This document shows positions 15,038-24,024 of a DNA stretch of 27,331 nucleotides, one piece after another. The notes under the pieces were generated by a model. It ran no database searches. It saw only the letters and a list, made by a program, of their open reading frames with translations, and had not been told where the DNA came from. This DNA comes from a virus (lineage: Duplodnaviria > Caudoviricetes). Every line of letters begins with the position of its first letter. The stretch's first letter is position 1. The translations under genes and the position numbers were made by a program. The stretch spans positions 1-27,331 of IMG/VR virus record IMGVR_UViG_3300032219_001311; one strand, 5' to 3'.

Positions 15038-17349
15038 TGGCAACGCAACCGGGCCTCGCTCCAATGAATATTCGTCAGCCTGCTCCAGAAGAGCCGGGTG
15101 CGATTGACACGTCACCAATTCAGATCGACTTTGCTGATGAGAGCGGAGACAATCCTGAGACAGATGCAAACGGGAATATTATTTCCATTGAGCATGATGA
15201 CGGTTCAATCACCGTTTCGCTTGACGGTAACCCGCTTGAGACTGTCGAGAATGGCGATGACGGCGAATGGTTTGGCAATTTGGTCGATAAGATCGATGAA
15301 GCCGAACTTAACGCTATCTCTGGGGATTTGTTCCGGGGCATTGATGACGATTTATTGTCGCGTAAGGACTGGATTGAGACACGGGCGCAGGGAATTAAGC
15401 TTCTTGGCCTGAAAATCGAGATACCGGGGCTTACAGGAGCCACTGACGGCGCACCTGTTGAAGGCATGTCGCGTGTACGCCACCCATTGCTGCTTGAGGC
15501 CGTGCTGCGCTTCCAAGCTAACTCCCGGTCGGAACTTTTGCCGACTGATGGACCCGTTAAGATCCGTAATGACGATAACAACGCGACATTGCAGGAAGAT
15601 CAGATTGCAAACGCACTTGAGCGTGACCTTAACCACTATCTGACATCGACGGCGACGGAATATTATCCCGACACCGACCGCATGCTGCTGATGCTGGGCT
15701 TTGGCGGTACGTCATTTAAGAAAGTTTATTATTGCCCGCTGCGCAACCGCCCAGTTTCGGAGACAGTTGACGCTGATGACCTAATCGTAAGCAATGATGC
15801 AACGGATTTGTCCAATGCGCGTCGCATTACGCACCGGATCATGATGCGCCCGTCGATTGTAAAACGCATGCAGATCCTTGGCGTCTATCGTGACGTTGAT
15901 TTGGGCACACCTAGCATGCGCCGCCTTGATCCATTGCAGCGCGAAGAGCGTGACCAACAGGGTATTTCGTCTGATTCCACCAATCCATTGGATCGTGATC
16001 GCGAGATATACGAATGCTATTGCGAACTGGACATCAAGGGCTTTGAGCATAAGCACAAAGGCAAGATCTCCGGGCTTGAGATCCCATACCGCGTGACCGT
16101 TGACGTTTCCTCAAAGGAAATCCTGTCGATTGTCCGCAACTTTGACGAAGAAACAGCAGACCTGCCAATCGCAAAGCCAAACTTTGTTAAGTTTACGTTC
16201 GTACCGGGCCTTGGGTTCTACGACATTGGCCTCCTGCACATTCTGGGCAACACCACCAACGCCATTACGGCTGCATGGCGCGAGTTGTTGGATGCAGGCA
16301 TGTATTCGAACTTCCCCGGCTTTCTCATGGCTGACACAGGCGCACGGCAGAACACAAACATCTTCCGCGTTCCTCCCGGTGGCGGCGCACTTATCAAGAC
16401 TGGTGGCATGCCAATATCACAAGCCGTTATGCCGCTGCCCTACCAGCCGCCATCACAGGCGCTGATGCAGCTTGTTGGGGATATGGCTAATACAGGCATG
16501 CGTATTGGTGGAACGTCTGAGCAACAGGTTGGTGAAGGCCGCGCTGACGCCCCTGTTGGCACGACCCTTGCTATGATCGAACAGGCTACCAAGGTCATGA
16601 ATGCCGTTCACAAGCGCCTTCATGCTGCTCAGGCTGAAGAGTTCCGATTGCTGTGCGAATGCTTCCGCCAAAACCCTGAAAGCTTCTGGCAGCGCAACGC
16701 TAAGCCAACCATGTCATGGGATCAGGCGACATTCATTCAGGCGCTTAATGACTTTGACCTAACGCCTCAGGCTGACCCCAACACATCGTCGCAGGGCCAG
16801 CGTATTATGAAGATCACTGCCCTGAAGCAACTTCAGCAGGCAAACCCATCGATGTACGATCCTATCGCCATCGACACGGCTGCATTGCAGGCTATCGGCT
16901 GGTCGAACCCATCGCAGTTTATGGCACCGGCAGGCGCACAAGCATCGCCACCACCAGAACTGTTGCAGGCTCAAGCCAAGATGAAGACAGACGAAATCAC
17001 CGCAAATGCGCGGATGATGGAAGCGCAGGCACGGTCGGCAGAAACGCAAGCCAAGATCCAGTCCGGTGCATTTGCGCCAAAGCAAGACGGGCCAGAAATG
17101 GGTCAAGCAGCAATGAATGCCGCGCAGGCAGACTTGATCAACGCCGAAACCAAGCGCAGCGAAATTGGCGTCCGTCATCAAGAGCGTATGGTTGAAGATC
17201 AGAACCGTGATCTAGATCGTCAAAGCCGTGAGCGCGTTGCCATGTTGCAGCTTGCCCGTGACCTTGTGATACATCCGGAGCAGGCTAAACTTATTGAGCC
17301 TTTGGCAAGCCCATCAGAGCGTAAATTTAATAAGGATGAGGGCGAATGA
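15037..17349 (+). CDS. portal protein
   Basis: About 770 aa after terL; HPLLLEAVLRFQA..ELLP..GPVK, G..FKKVYY, PGLGFY..GL.H, PVGTTLAM.E; helical C-terminal extension as in podovirus portals. Confidence 0.88.
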   Translation: MATQPGLAPMNIRQPAPEEPGAIDTSPIQIDFADESGDNPETDANGNIISIEHDDGSITVSLDGNPLETVENGDDGEWFGNLVDKIDEAELNAISGDLFRGIDDDLLSRKDWIETRAQGIKLLGLKIEIPGLTGATDGAPVEGMSRVRHPLLLEAVLRFQANSRSELLPTDGPVKIRNDDNNATLQEDQIANALERDLNHYLTSTATEYYPDTDRMLLMLGFGGTSFKKVYYCPLRNRPVSETVDADDLIVSNDATDLSNARRITHRIMMRPSIVKRMQILGVYRDVDLGTPSMRRLDPLQREERDQQGISSDSTNPLDRDREIYECYCELDIKGFEHKHKGKISGLEIPYRVTVDVSSKEILSIVRNFDEETADLPIAKPNFVKFTFVPGLGFYDIGLLHILGNTTNAITAAWRELLDAGMYSNFPGFLMADTGARQNTNIFRVPPGGGALIKTGGMPISQAVMPLPYQPPSQALMQLVGDMANTGMRIGGTSEQQVGEGRADAPVGTTLAMIEQATKVMNAVHKRLHAAQAEEFRLLCECFRQNPESFWQRNAKPTMSWDQATFIQALNDFDLTPQADPNTSSQGQRIMKITALKQLQQANPSMYDPIAIDTAALQAIGWSNPSQFMAPAGAQASPPPELLQAQAKMKTDEITANARMMEAQARSAETQAKIQSGAFAPKQDGPEMGQAAMNAAQADLINAETKRSEIGVRHQERMVEDQNRDLDRQSRERVAMLQLARDLVIHPEQAKLIEPLASPSERKFNKDEGE

Positions 17350-20300
17350 ACGACCCAAAGGTTATCCGCAAAGCAATCATGACCGCACGAAACATTGCGG
17401 CCATGGTTGATCCAAACTTTGCGCGTGTGCCTTTGCCCCAAATTGGTGAGCCTGATACGGAAGAGGCGCAGCCGCCCCTTGATTTCATGGGTGGTGGCTA
17501 TGCCGCTGGCGGTGAAGTTGAGCAGCCGACCGGATATGCCGCGCCAGATGATATGGGCCTGTACAGCCATGCAGCAGTAACGGCTGCTAATGCCCAACAG
17601 GCAAAAGCGTCACCTGACGAATTCCGCAACATGCTGACCAATCGCGGTGTCAAGCCAAGCGAATTCCAAGCATCTGGCTATGACGAAGCTTTTGCAGGCC
17701 AGCCGCAGGTTACCCGCGAACAGGTCGCAGAGCATTTCCATCAAAACCGTACACCTCTTGAGGAAAAGGGGTTTTATACTGACAACCCCAATATAGAAAC
17801 ACGGGCGGCTCTTCAAAAACAATATGATCAAAAGTACCGTGAATATGTGAATCGCAAGCAAGACGCCATAAGAGCAAACCTTCGTGAAGAATTTGATCCG
17901 GGTGGGGCTGAAGAGGCTGCATTACGCGATGAGCGCAGAAGCACTTTGGCGGCACTTAGAGAACAAGAGCTAAATGTTAATAGCGCCGGAACTCCGCACC
18001 ACGAAGAGTTTATGCTTCCGGGTGGTGAAAACTACCGTGAAATTGCGCTTAAACATGGCGGCGATGACGTTAGGTTTAAGGGTGTTGAAAACCACCTTGG
18101 CGGTGAGCAAAATGTCTTAACGCATCTTTTGATGAAAGATCGCACAGATAATGAGGGTAAGCGCCTTTTGCACCTTGATGAACTGCAAAGCGATTGGGCC
18201 CAAAAGGGACGGGAAAGTGGCTTTGACCAAAATTCTGAAGAAGGTCAAAAAGCTATTTCTGAATTTGAAGATTACAACAAGGATCTTAGGCAACGTGCTT
18301 TTGACGCCATTATGGAGCGGGCAAGGGAGCAGGGCAAAACTAAGGAAGATCTTGAAGTAATTAATGATTTATTCCAATCAGAGCAGTCCCCAGAAATGCT
18401 TGCTTATTATGCTGGTGGTCAAGATGAAGCTGACCGCTTTACAGAAATGCGTCGGCAAGCAGAAAAGGCTCAGAGCGGCATAACGCCAGCAGCTTACGTC
18501 ACAAAGACTGATGACTGGGTCGATTTGGGCCTGAAGCGCGCTATGATGGAAGCTGCCAAAGGTGGACATGATAAGCTTGCATGGTCGCCGGGTGACGTTG
18601 TCGCTGATCGCTATAACCTTAGCAAGCACATCAGGGACATCCATCACGAAAAGAATGATGACGGCACATATAACGTCATGGCGTATAATCATGATGGCGC
18701 AAAGGTTTACGACCAAGACAGCCTTGCCGAAAAGGATGTAGTGAACGCCTTGGGTAAGGATGTTGCTGGTAAAATCTTTTCCGGCGAAGGAACTGGGCGC
18801 GAAGAGGCGCAAGCCAGAGTTGACAGCGCACGAAAGGCTTATGAATCATTTAAAGATAAGCTGGTTGAAACCGATATACAAAGACGCCTTGAGGCTAAGC
18901 GTGAAGAAGACCCCAATTTCAATTGGGATGAGGGCCAAGAGGACCACCTTAGAGAAATTTTAAAAGATGATATAGCAGATAAAAATGCTTACTCTTACGC
19001 CCGCAACATGGGTTTTTCTGACGAACATAATACACTGGATAATGAGTTGCGAAGCGCATATTCCACCATAAGTAAAGCGCCTTATTCCGCATATCGCGAC
19101 TGGCGCACGTTAAGCGGCGTTGATCTTACGATTGGCGGCGAAGGTATGAAGAAGTTTTATAATGATATGGTGCCCAAGCGCTTAATAAAGCTTGCTAAGC
19201 AGCACGATCCTGAAGCCAAATTTTCCGTTTCAACCGTTAAGCACCCTAAGGAATATTATGAATCCGAAGAGGGTGAAAATAGCCACGACTATATTCCCGA
19301 CGTTGAAACCGATCTTCCAACGCTAGAAATTACGCCCAAGATGCGCGAAAGCATTCTGAAAAGGGGTTTTGCTGCCTATGCTGATGGCGGTGAGGTTGAA
19401 GGCTACGCTGAAGGTGGTGACGTTGACCCGGAGCGCGTTCGCGAATACCTGAAGCGCGTCCAAAGCCCGCTCAGCAGTAACCCTGCGTCTGTCCAAAGGG
19501 CATTGCAGATTGCGCAGTCGTATCGCGGCAAAACTGGTGCAGAAACTGGTACAGGCAGCTTTTACAATATCAAGCAATCCATGCCTGTCAGCGATGTCCG
19601 GGCAACGATTGGCGATATACCGGGGATTTCTTTGAAAAAAGAAAATCCGTTGTCATGGGATAAGTTCCACGACATTGCCAAGGGTGGCTCCCTCATTAAC
19701 ATGGGCGGCGATCTGTCAAACTTTGGGCGTTTGACCCACATTAACGACAAAGAACTTTCTTGGCCGGTAGATCTGCATGCTGGCGCTAAGTACATGCGTG
19801 AGCCTAATCCGGGTCAAGTGTGGCGAAATAACAAAAGCCATGCCACCGGATTTATGAACAAAATTAAGGCAGAAGAAGGCGCTGGACGTGATGTCTACGG
19901 CATTTTTTCGCCAATGGGCCCCACCGCTGTAAATTCATCACACAATATGTTTGACGCTTTGATGGCTCAAATCCCAACGGCAAGCATCAAAAAGGCAGAT
20001 CTTGAGGCGTTTGATGAAGCACTTTTAAACGGTGAGCATCTTCCTGCTGACGTGCGTAAAAATCCTGCTCAATTTGCAAGGGCTATGCAGGCGCTCGATC
20101 AGTGGCCGGGGATTGCAAATGCTAAGGCTTCCAGTGAGTATGCCAGACCAAAAGCGGGTAATCTAAGCGGCAGTCACCGTAGCTTAATTGTTGACTTTAT
20201 GGATAAATCCAGATGGCGGGACAAAGGGTTTCCTGAAGTTGGCGTCACCCGCGCTGCCATTACTGACCCAGCGCTAAAAGGCATTTCCGGGAACCTTTTG

Positions 20301-20684
20301 GGGCACCGGGTTGTAAAGCTGTCCTCTAAAGACAGTGAGCAGCCAGAGTTATTTGACCATTCCACTTACGAAAAGCCATCGTTTGGTGAGTATGTTGGCG
20401 ACGTTCCGCTTACACAGCGGCACTATGTGATGCCTGATGTGGTTGAGAGAATGATTGCTAATCCAACCCAGAAGGGTCAGGTTGTTCACCCATATTCAGA
20501 AGATGCCATGGGCCGCAGCACCGCAAGGAAGCTGTTTGAAGAGCAGAAGCAGGTGCAGCCAGTCAACCAGCGCATGCTGGACAGCGTCATGACAGGCATG
20601 GAAAACCAAGAGAAGTATGGCTTCAAAAAGGGCGGTAAAGTTCGTAGCGCCTTGATGATTGCAAAGGGTTTGAAAAAAAGGTAA
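17346..20684 (+). CDS. large multidomain virion-associated (internal/ejected, polyvalent-like) protein
   Basis: 1112 aa, coupled to the portal gene. Blocks LPGGENYRE, LDELQSDW.QKGR, W..LGLKR, GMKKFY..MVP recall large phage polyvalent proteins. Domains are bounded by YAAGGEV, YADGGEV, YAEGGDV and FKKGGKV. Confidence 0.7.
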   Translation: MNDPKVIRKAIMTARNIAAMVDPNFARVPLPQIGEPDTEEAQPPLDFMGGGYAAGGEVEQPTGYAAPDDMGLYSHAAVTAANAQQAKASPDEFRNMLTNRGVKPSEFQASGYDEAFAGQPQVTREQVAEHFHQNRTPLEEKGFYTDNPNIETRAALQKQYDQKYREYVNRKQDAIRANLREEFDPGGAEEAALRDERRSTLAALREQELNVNSAGTPHHEEFMLPGGENYREIALKHGGDDVRFKGVENHLGGEQNVLTHLLMKDRTDNEGKRLLHLDELQSDWAQKGRESGFDQNSEEGQKAISEFEDYNKDLRQRAFDAIMERAREQGKTKEDLEVINDLFQSEQSPEMLAYYAGGQDEADRFTEMRRQAEKAQSGITPAAYVTKTDDWVDLGLKRAMMEAAKGGHDKLAWSPGDVVADRYNLSKHIRDIHHEKNDDGTYNVMAYNHDGAKVYDQDSLAEKDVVNALGKDVAGKIFSGEGTGREEAQARVDSARKAYESFKDKLVETDIQRRLEAKREEDPNFNWDEGQEDHLREILKDDIADKNAYSYARNMGFSDEHNTLDNELRSAYSTISKAPYSAYRDWRTLSGVDLTIGGEGMKKFYNDMVPKRLIKLAKQHDPEAKFSVSTVKHPKEYYESEEGENSHDYIPDVETDLPTLEITPKMRESILKRGFAAYADGGEVEGYAEGGDVDPERVREYLKRVQSPLSSNPASVQRALQIAQSYRGKTGAETGTGSFYNIKQSMPVSDVRATIGDIPGISLKKENPLSWDKFHDIAKGGSLINMGGDLSNFGRLTHINDKELSWPVDLHAGAKYMREPNPGQVWRNNKSHATGFMNKIKAEEGAGRDVYGIFSPMGPTAVNSSHNMFDALMAQIPTASIKKADLEAFDEALLNGEHLPADVRKNPAQFARAMQALDQWPGIANAKASSEYARPKAGNLSGSHRSLIVDFMDKSRWRDKGFPEVGVTRAAITDPALKGISGNLLGHRVVKLSSKDSEQPELFDHSTYEKPSFGEYVGDVPLTQRHYVMPDVVERMIANPTQKGQVVHPYSEDAMGRSTARKLFEEQKQVQPVNQRMLDSVMTGMENQEKYGFKKGGKVRSALMIAKGLKKR

Positions 20685-20750
20685 TGATCTTGCGGCCACA
20701 ATTTTGTGGAAGCTTTTATTCGCCGGTAATTCGGTAAGACAGGAGACTGT

Positions 20751-22436
20751 ATGTCAGAGATGTCCCGCAACGCTCGCCGTGCAATGCGCGCTAAAATTCA
20801 TCGTATAATCGCAGCTAACAATGGCAAGGTTGACGCTTCTGACTACGGTCCTGAAGAAGTTTTGAATTCTGAAGTTAAGACGGGCATGCGCCCAATTTCA
20901 CGTCGCGCTTACAAGAAAGGCGGCAAGGTTGTTGCTGTTGAGGGCGCTGACGCCAAGAAGCATGCGGGCAAGAAGCCACGCGCAGGTAGCAAACATCTTA
21001 CCGTTGACGCACTGGTTAACCGCAATCTGAAAGATGCAAACGAAGCCCGTGAAGGCAAGAAGCACATTGGCGCTTTGAAAACAGGCGGTCGCGCTATGAA
21101 GCAAGACGGCGGTGGCGCATACAACGAGAGCGGTAAGCGCGCAACAATGGCTGAAATTGCTGCTGAAGATCGTCGTATGGGCGGCAAAGATGTTAACAGG
21201 CAAAAAAGGACAATGGCTAACAGCACAGGTCCTTCACCAGTGGCTGTGTCAAAGGTTCTTGATGCCATGCGCAACGGTCGCAAAGATGGCGGCGCTAACC
21301 GTGCTATGAAGAATTCAGAACGGGAAAATTACGGTGGCCAACAAGCAATGCCGCAGGCAATGCAGCGGGCAATGCAGCAGCAGCAAGCAATGCAGCAGCA
21401 ACCAGCAATGCAGCGAGCAATGCAGCAGCAGCAAGCAATGCAGCAGCAACCGGCAATGCAACGAGGCTATGATCAGCAGCAGCCAATGCCTTACAAGCGC
21501 GGTGGCAAATCTTGGGAGGGTTCCGCTAAGGACGAATCGCAGGACAAGAAGCTTGCTAAAAAGTACGGTATGTCGATGGCAGCGTGGGAAAAGTCCAAGA
21601 TGGACAAGAAGCACGACACCCAGCATTCGGCAAAGGGCCTGAATAAGGGCGGTCGCACCGGCAAGAGCCTTGGCGGCGTTCTAAAGGATGTCGGTAAATA
21701 TGCCGCACTTGGCGTTGCCGGTAATGCAATTGCGAAGAACCCATCTTTGCTTATGGGCGGTCTTGGCGCATTGGCATACAAAGCTTTTGGCAAGAAAAAG
21801 GATGGTCCGTCAACAGAGTCATCTCTTCCTGTCGCAGGCAAGAAGAATGGTGGCGGTTTGTACGCAAACATTCACGCCAAGCAAGAGCGCATTGCAAATG
21901 GATCAAAAGAGCGCATGCGCAAGGTTGGCAGCAAAGGCGCTCCAACGGCTGATGCGTTTAAGCAATCTGCGCGTACTGCTAAAGCCCATGGTGGCTACAC
22001 GTCGCTAGATGGCGAAATGCAGACGCAGGAAAAGGTTGGCGGTCGCATTGCTAAGCAATACGGCGGTAGCCTTGGTGCCCTTGAAATGAATAGCGGTGGT
22101 CGTACCAAGAAAAAGAACGGCAAGACCGACATCAATATCACCATTATGACTGGCAAGAGCCAGCCGCAAATGGATCCTAATATGCAGCAGCCACCAATGC
22201 CTCAGGGTATTCCAGTGCAGATGCCGCCTCCGCCACAGCCTCAGGCTGGTCCGCCTATGCAAATGCCTATGCCTCCAATGCCTGCGCCTCCTATGGGCGG
22301 TCCGGGCGCTGGTCCTGCACCAATGCCGCGCAAGGCTGGTGGCCGCACCTACCGTTCTTACAAGGATATGGATGCAGGCGCTGGTAGCGGTCCGGGTCGT
22401 TTGGAAAAGGCGGAGATCCAAAAACGTAAGAAGTAG
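20751..22436 (+). CDS. basic low-complexity protein with repeated xxGG motifs (putative internal head protein)
   Basis: 561 aa, AGGAG RBS; K/R/G/M-rich with about 14 xxGG motifs, Q- and P-rich tracts and one Gly/Ala hydrophobic segment. Confidence 0.75.
   Translation: MSEMSRNARRAMRAKIHRIIAANNGKVDASDYGPEEVLNSEVKTGMRPISRRAYKKGGKVVAVEGADAKKHAGKKPRAGSKHLTVDALVNRNLKDANEAREGKKHIGALKTGGRAMKQDGGGAYNESGKRATMAEIAAEDRRMGGKDVNRQKRTMANSTGPSPVAVSKVLDAMRNGRKDGGANRAMKNSERENYGGQQAMPQAMQRAMQQQQAMQQQPAMQRAMQQQQAMQQQPAMQRGYDQQQPMPYKRGGKSWEGSAKDESQDKKLAKKYGMSMAAWEKSKMDKKHDTQHSAKGLNKGGRTGKSLGGVLKDVGKYAALGVAGNAIAKNPSLLMGGLGALAYKAFGKKKDGPSTESSLPVAGKKNGGGLYANIHAKQERIANGSKERMRKVGSKGAPTADAFKQSARTAKAHGGYTSLDGEMQTQEKVGGRIAKQYGGSLGALEMNSGGRTKKKNGKTDINITIMTGKSQPQMDPNMQQPPMPQGIPVQMPPPPQPQAGPPMQMPMPPMPAPPMGGPGAGPAPMPRKAGGRTYRSYKDMDAGAGSGPGRLEKAEIQKRKK
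21357..21464 (+). repeat. 48-bp coding tandem repeat (2.25 copies)
   Basis: Units start at 21357, 21405 and 21453 and encode AMQRAMQQQQAMQQQP. Confidence 0.9.
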
Positions 22437-22442
22437 TTAAGT

Positions 22443-22486
22443 TTGGGCGGCGTTGGTTGGAAGAACGTCGCCCAATATTTTATTTT
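22443..22486 (+). terminator. intrinsic terminator
   Basis: TTGGGCGGCGTT-9 nt-AACGTCGCCCAA followed by TATTTTATTTT. Confidence 0.75.
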
Positions 22487-22499
22487 ATGGATTATATCG

Positions 22500-22697
22500 A
22501 TGAAATTTAACAATCTATTTGAATTTGAGTTGATGAAACTCATTGAGGCGCGCATCGCCTCCCTTTCAGAAAACATCACAAACGCACACGCAGTCGTTGA
22601 TTATTCCGACTATAAATACCAAGTTGGTAGGATTGCTGGCCTTCGCGAGTTTGAAGACCTGCGTGATGAGGTTAATAAAATTATTTCTGAACGATAA
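22500..22697 (+). CDS. small helical head-module protein
   Basis: ATG 22500; DYSDYKYQVGRIAGL motif, a type I recognise preceding phage GroES genes. Confidence 0.7.
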   Translation: MKFNNLFEFELMKLIEARIASLSENITNAHAVVDYSDYKYQVGRIAGLREFEDLRDEVNKIISER

Positions 22698-22713
22698 TAT
22701 GGAGAAAAATTAA

Positions 22714-23106
22714 ATGCCACATATGATTATGAATCATGAAGAAGACCCAAAAGAAGCAATTATGCGGGAATTGGGTGATATTGAAAAGTTCAAAGTGTTC
22801 CACAATGAGGTGGTTGTCGCTGTGTATTTGCGTCCGGAAAAGACCAAAAGCGGTATATTCTTAACTGATCAGCACCGTGACGAAGACCGCCATCAAAGCA
22901 AGGTTGGCCTTGTCGTTAAGATGGGCTCTGAAGCTTTTGATGATCCCAATGGTAATTGGTTCCGGGGCATGGACGTAAAGCTGCATGATTGGGTTGTTTA
23001 TCGCCCTTCAGACGGCTGGACGATCACTGTCAACAACGTGCTTTGCCGTGCGCTGAAAGATACAAACATCCGGGGCAGTGTCCCACATCCTGATATGATC
23101 TGGTAA
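22714..23106 (+). CDS. groES: GroES/Cpn10-like co-chaperonin
   Basis: Mobile loop EKTKSGIFL, G.VVKMG, VK..DWVVY, final L.D..I.G. Confidence 0.85.
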   Translation: MPHMIMNHEEDPKEAIMRELGDIEKFKVFHNEVVVAVYLRPEKTKSGIFLTDQHRDEDRHQSKVGLVVKMGSEAFDDPNGNWFRGMDVKLHDWVVYRPSDGWTITVNNVLCRALKDTNIRGSVPHPDMIW

Positions 23107-23116
23107 GGAGGCTAAA

Positions 23117-24007
23117 ATGTCTATCGAAGATAACGTAGAAGACCAATTGGAAATTGATCTGGGCGACGATCCACAGCCAGCAGAAGACATTATTGTTGAA
23201 AAATCAGAGGATAAGGCCGTTGAACCCGATCCGGTAGATAACACCCTTGACACCCTGAAGGCGCAGTTAGACGAAGAGCGCAGGGCACGTCAGGAAGCAC
23301 AGCGCCGCGCAAGCGAAGCTGAATATTCGGCGTATGAAGCAAAGGGTGAGGTGCAGGACACAAACTTTCATCTGGTGTCTAATGCCATCGATACAGTCCT
23401 TCAGAACAACAATATCCTCAAGGCAAATTACCGTGACGCAATGGCTATGCAGGATTATGACGCTGCGGCTGACATTCAGTCGGAAATGTCTTCTAACGCA
23501 GCCAAGCTTCTTCAGCTTGAGCAAGGTAAGCAGGCGCTGGAAAATCAACCACGTCAAGCAGCCCCAACACCATATGTCGCTGATCCTGTTGAGGCTCTGG
23601 CATCGCAGCTTTCGCCGCGCTCTGCTGATTGGGTGCGTCGCAATCCGCAATTTGCGACTGACCCGCGCTTGTATCAAAAGATGCTGGCAGCACACAATCT
23701 GGCTATGGCGGATGACATCCCTGCTGATTCCGACGATTATTTTGACGCAATTGAGGACACACTTCGCCTTCGCCGTCAGGATAATAACCGTGATTACGAT
23801 GCCATGGCCGACGCTGCAAAGCCAACGCAGCGCCGTTCGGCACCACCCGCAGCCCCTGTTTCGCGCAGTGGTGGAGGCGGTGGAAGCAAGCCAAATCGTG
23901 TGACACTTACCGCAGCAGAGCGCGATATAGCCGACATGATGGGCATGACGCCTGAGGAATATGGCCGCAACAAGCTTACTCTTCAAAAAGAAGGCAAGAT
24001 GAATTAA
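23117..24007 (+). CDS. putative capsid scaffolding protein
   Basis: Acidic N-terminus, coiled coil, C-terminal VTLT..E..IA..MGMT.EEY. Confidence 0.7.
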   Translation: MSIEDNVEDQLEIDLGDDPQPAEDIIVEKSEDKAVEPDPVDNTLDTLKAQLDEERRARQEAQRRASEAEYSAYEAKGEVQDTNFHLVSNAIDTVLQNNNILKANYRDAMAMQDYDAAADIQSEMSSNAAKLLQLEQGKQALENQPRQAAPTPYVADPVEALASQLSPRSADWVRRNPQFATDPRLYQKMLAAHNLAMADDIPADSDDYFDAIEDTLRLRRQDNNRDYDAMADAAKPTQRRSAPPAAPVSRSGGGGGSKPNRVTLTAAERDIADMMGMTPEEYGRNKLTLQKEGKMN

Positions 24008-24024
24008 ATTCAAGGAGTATTATT

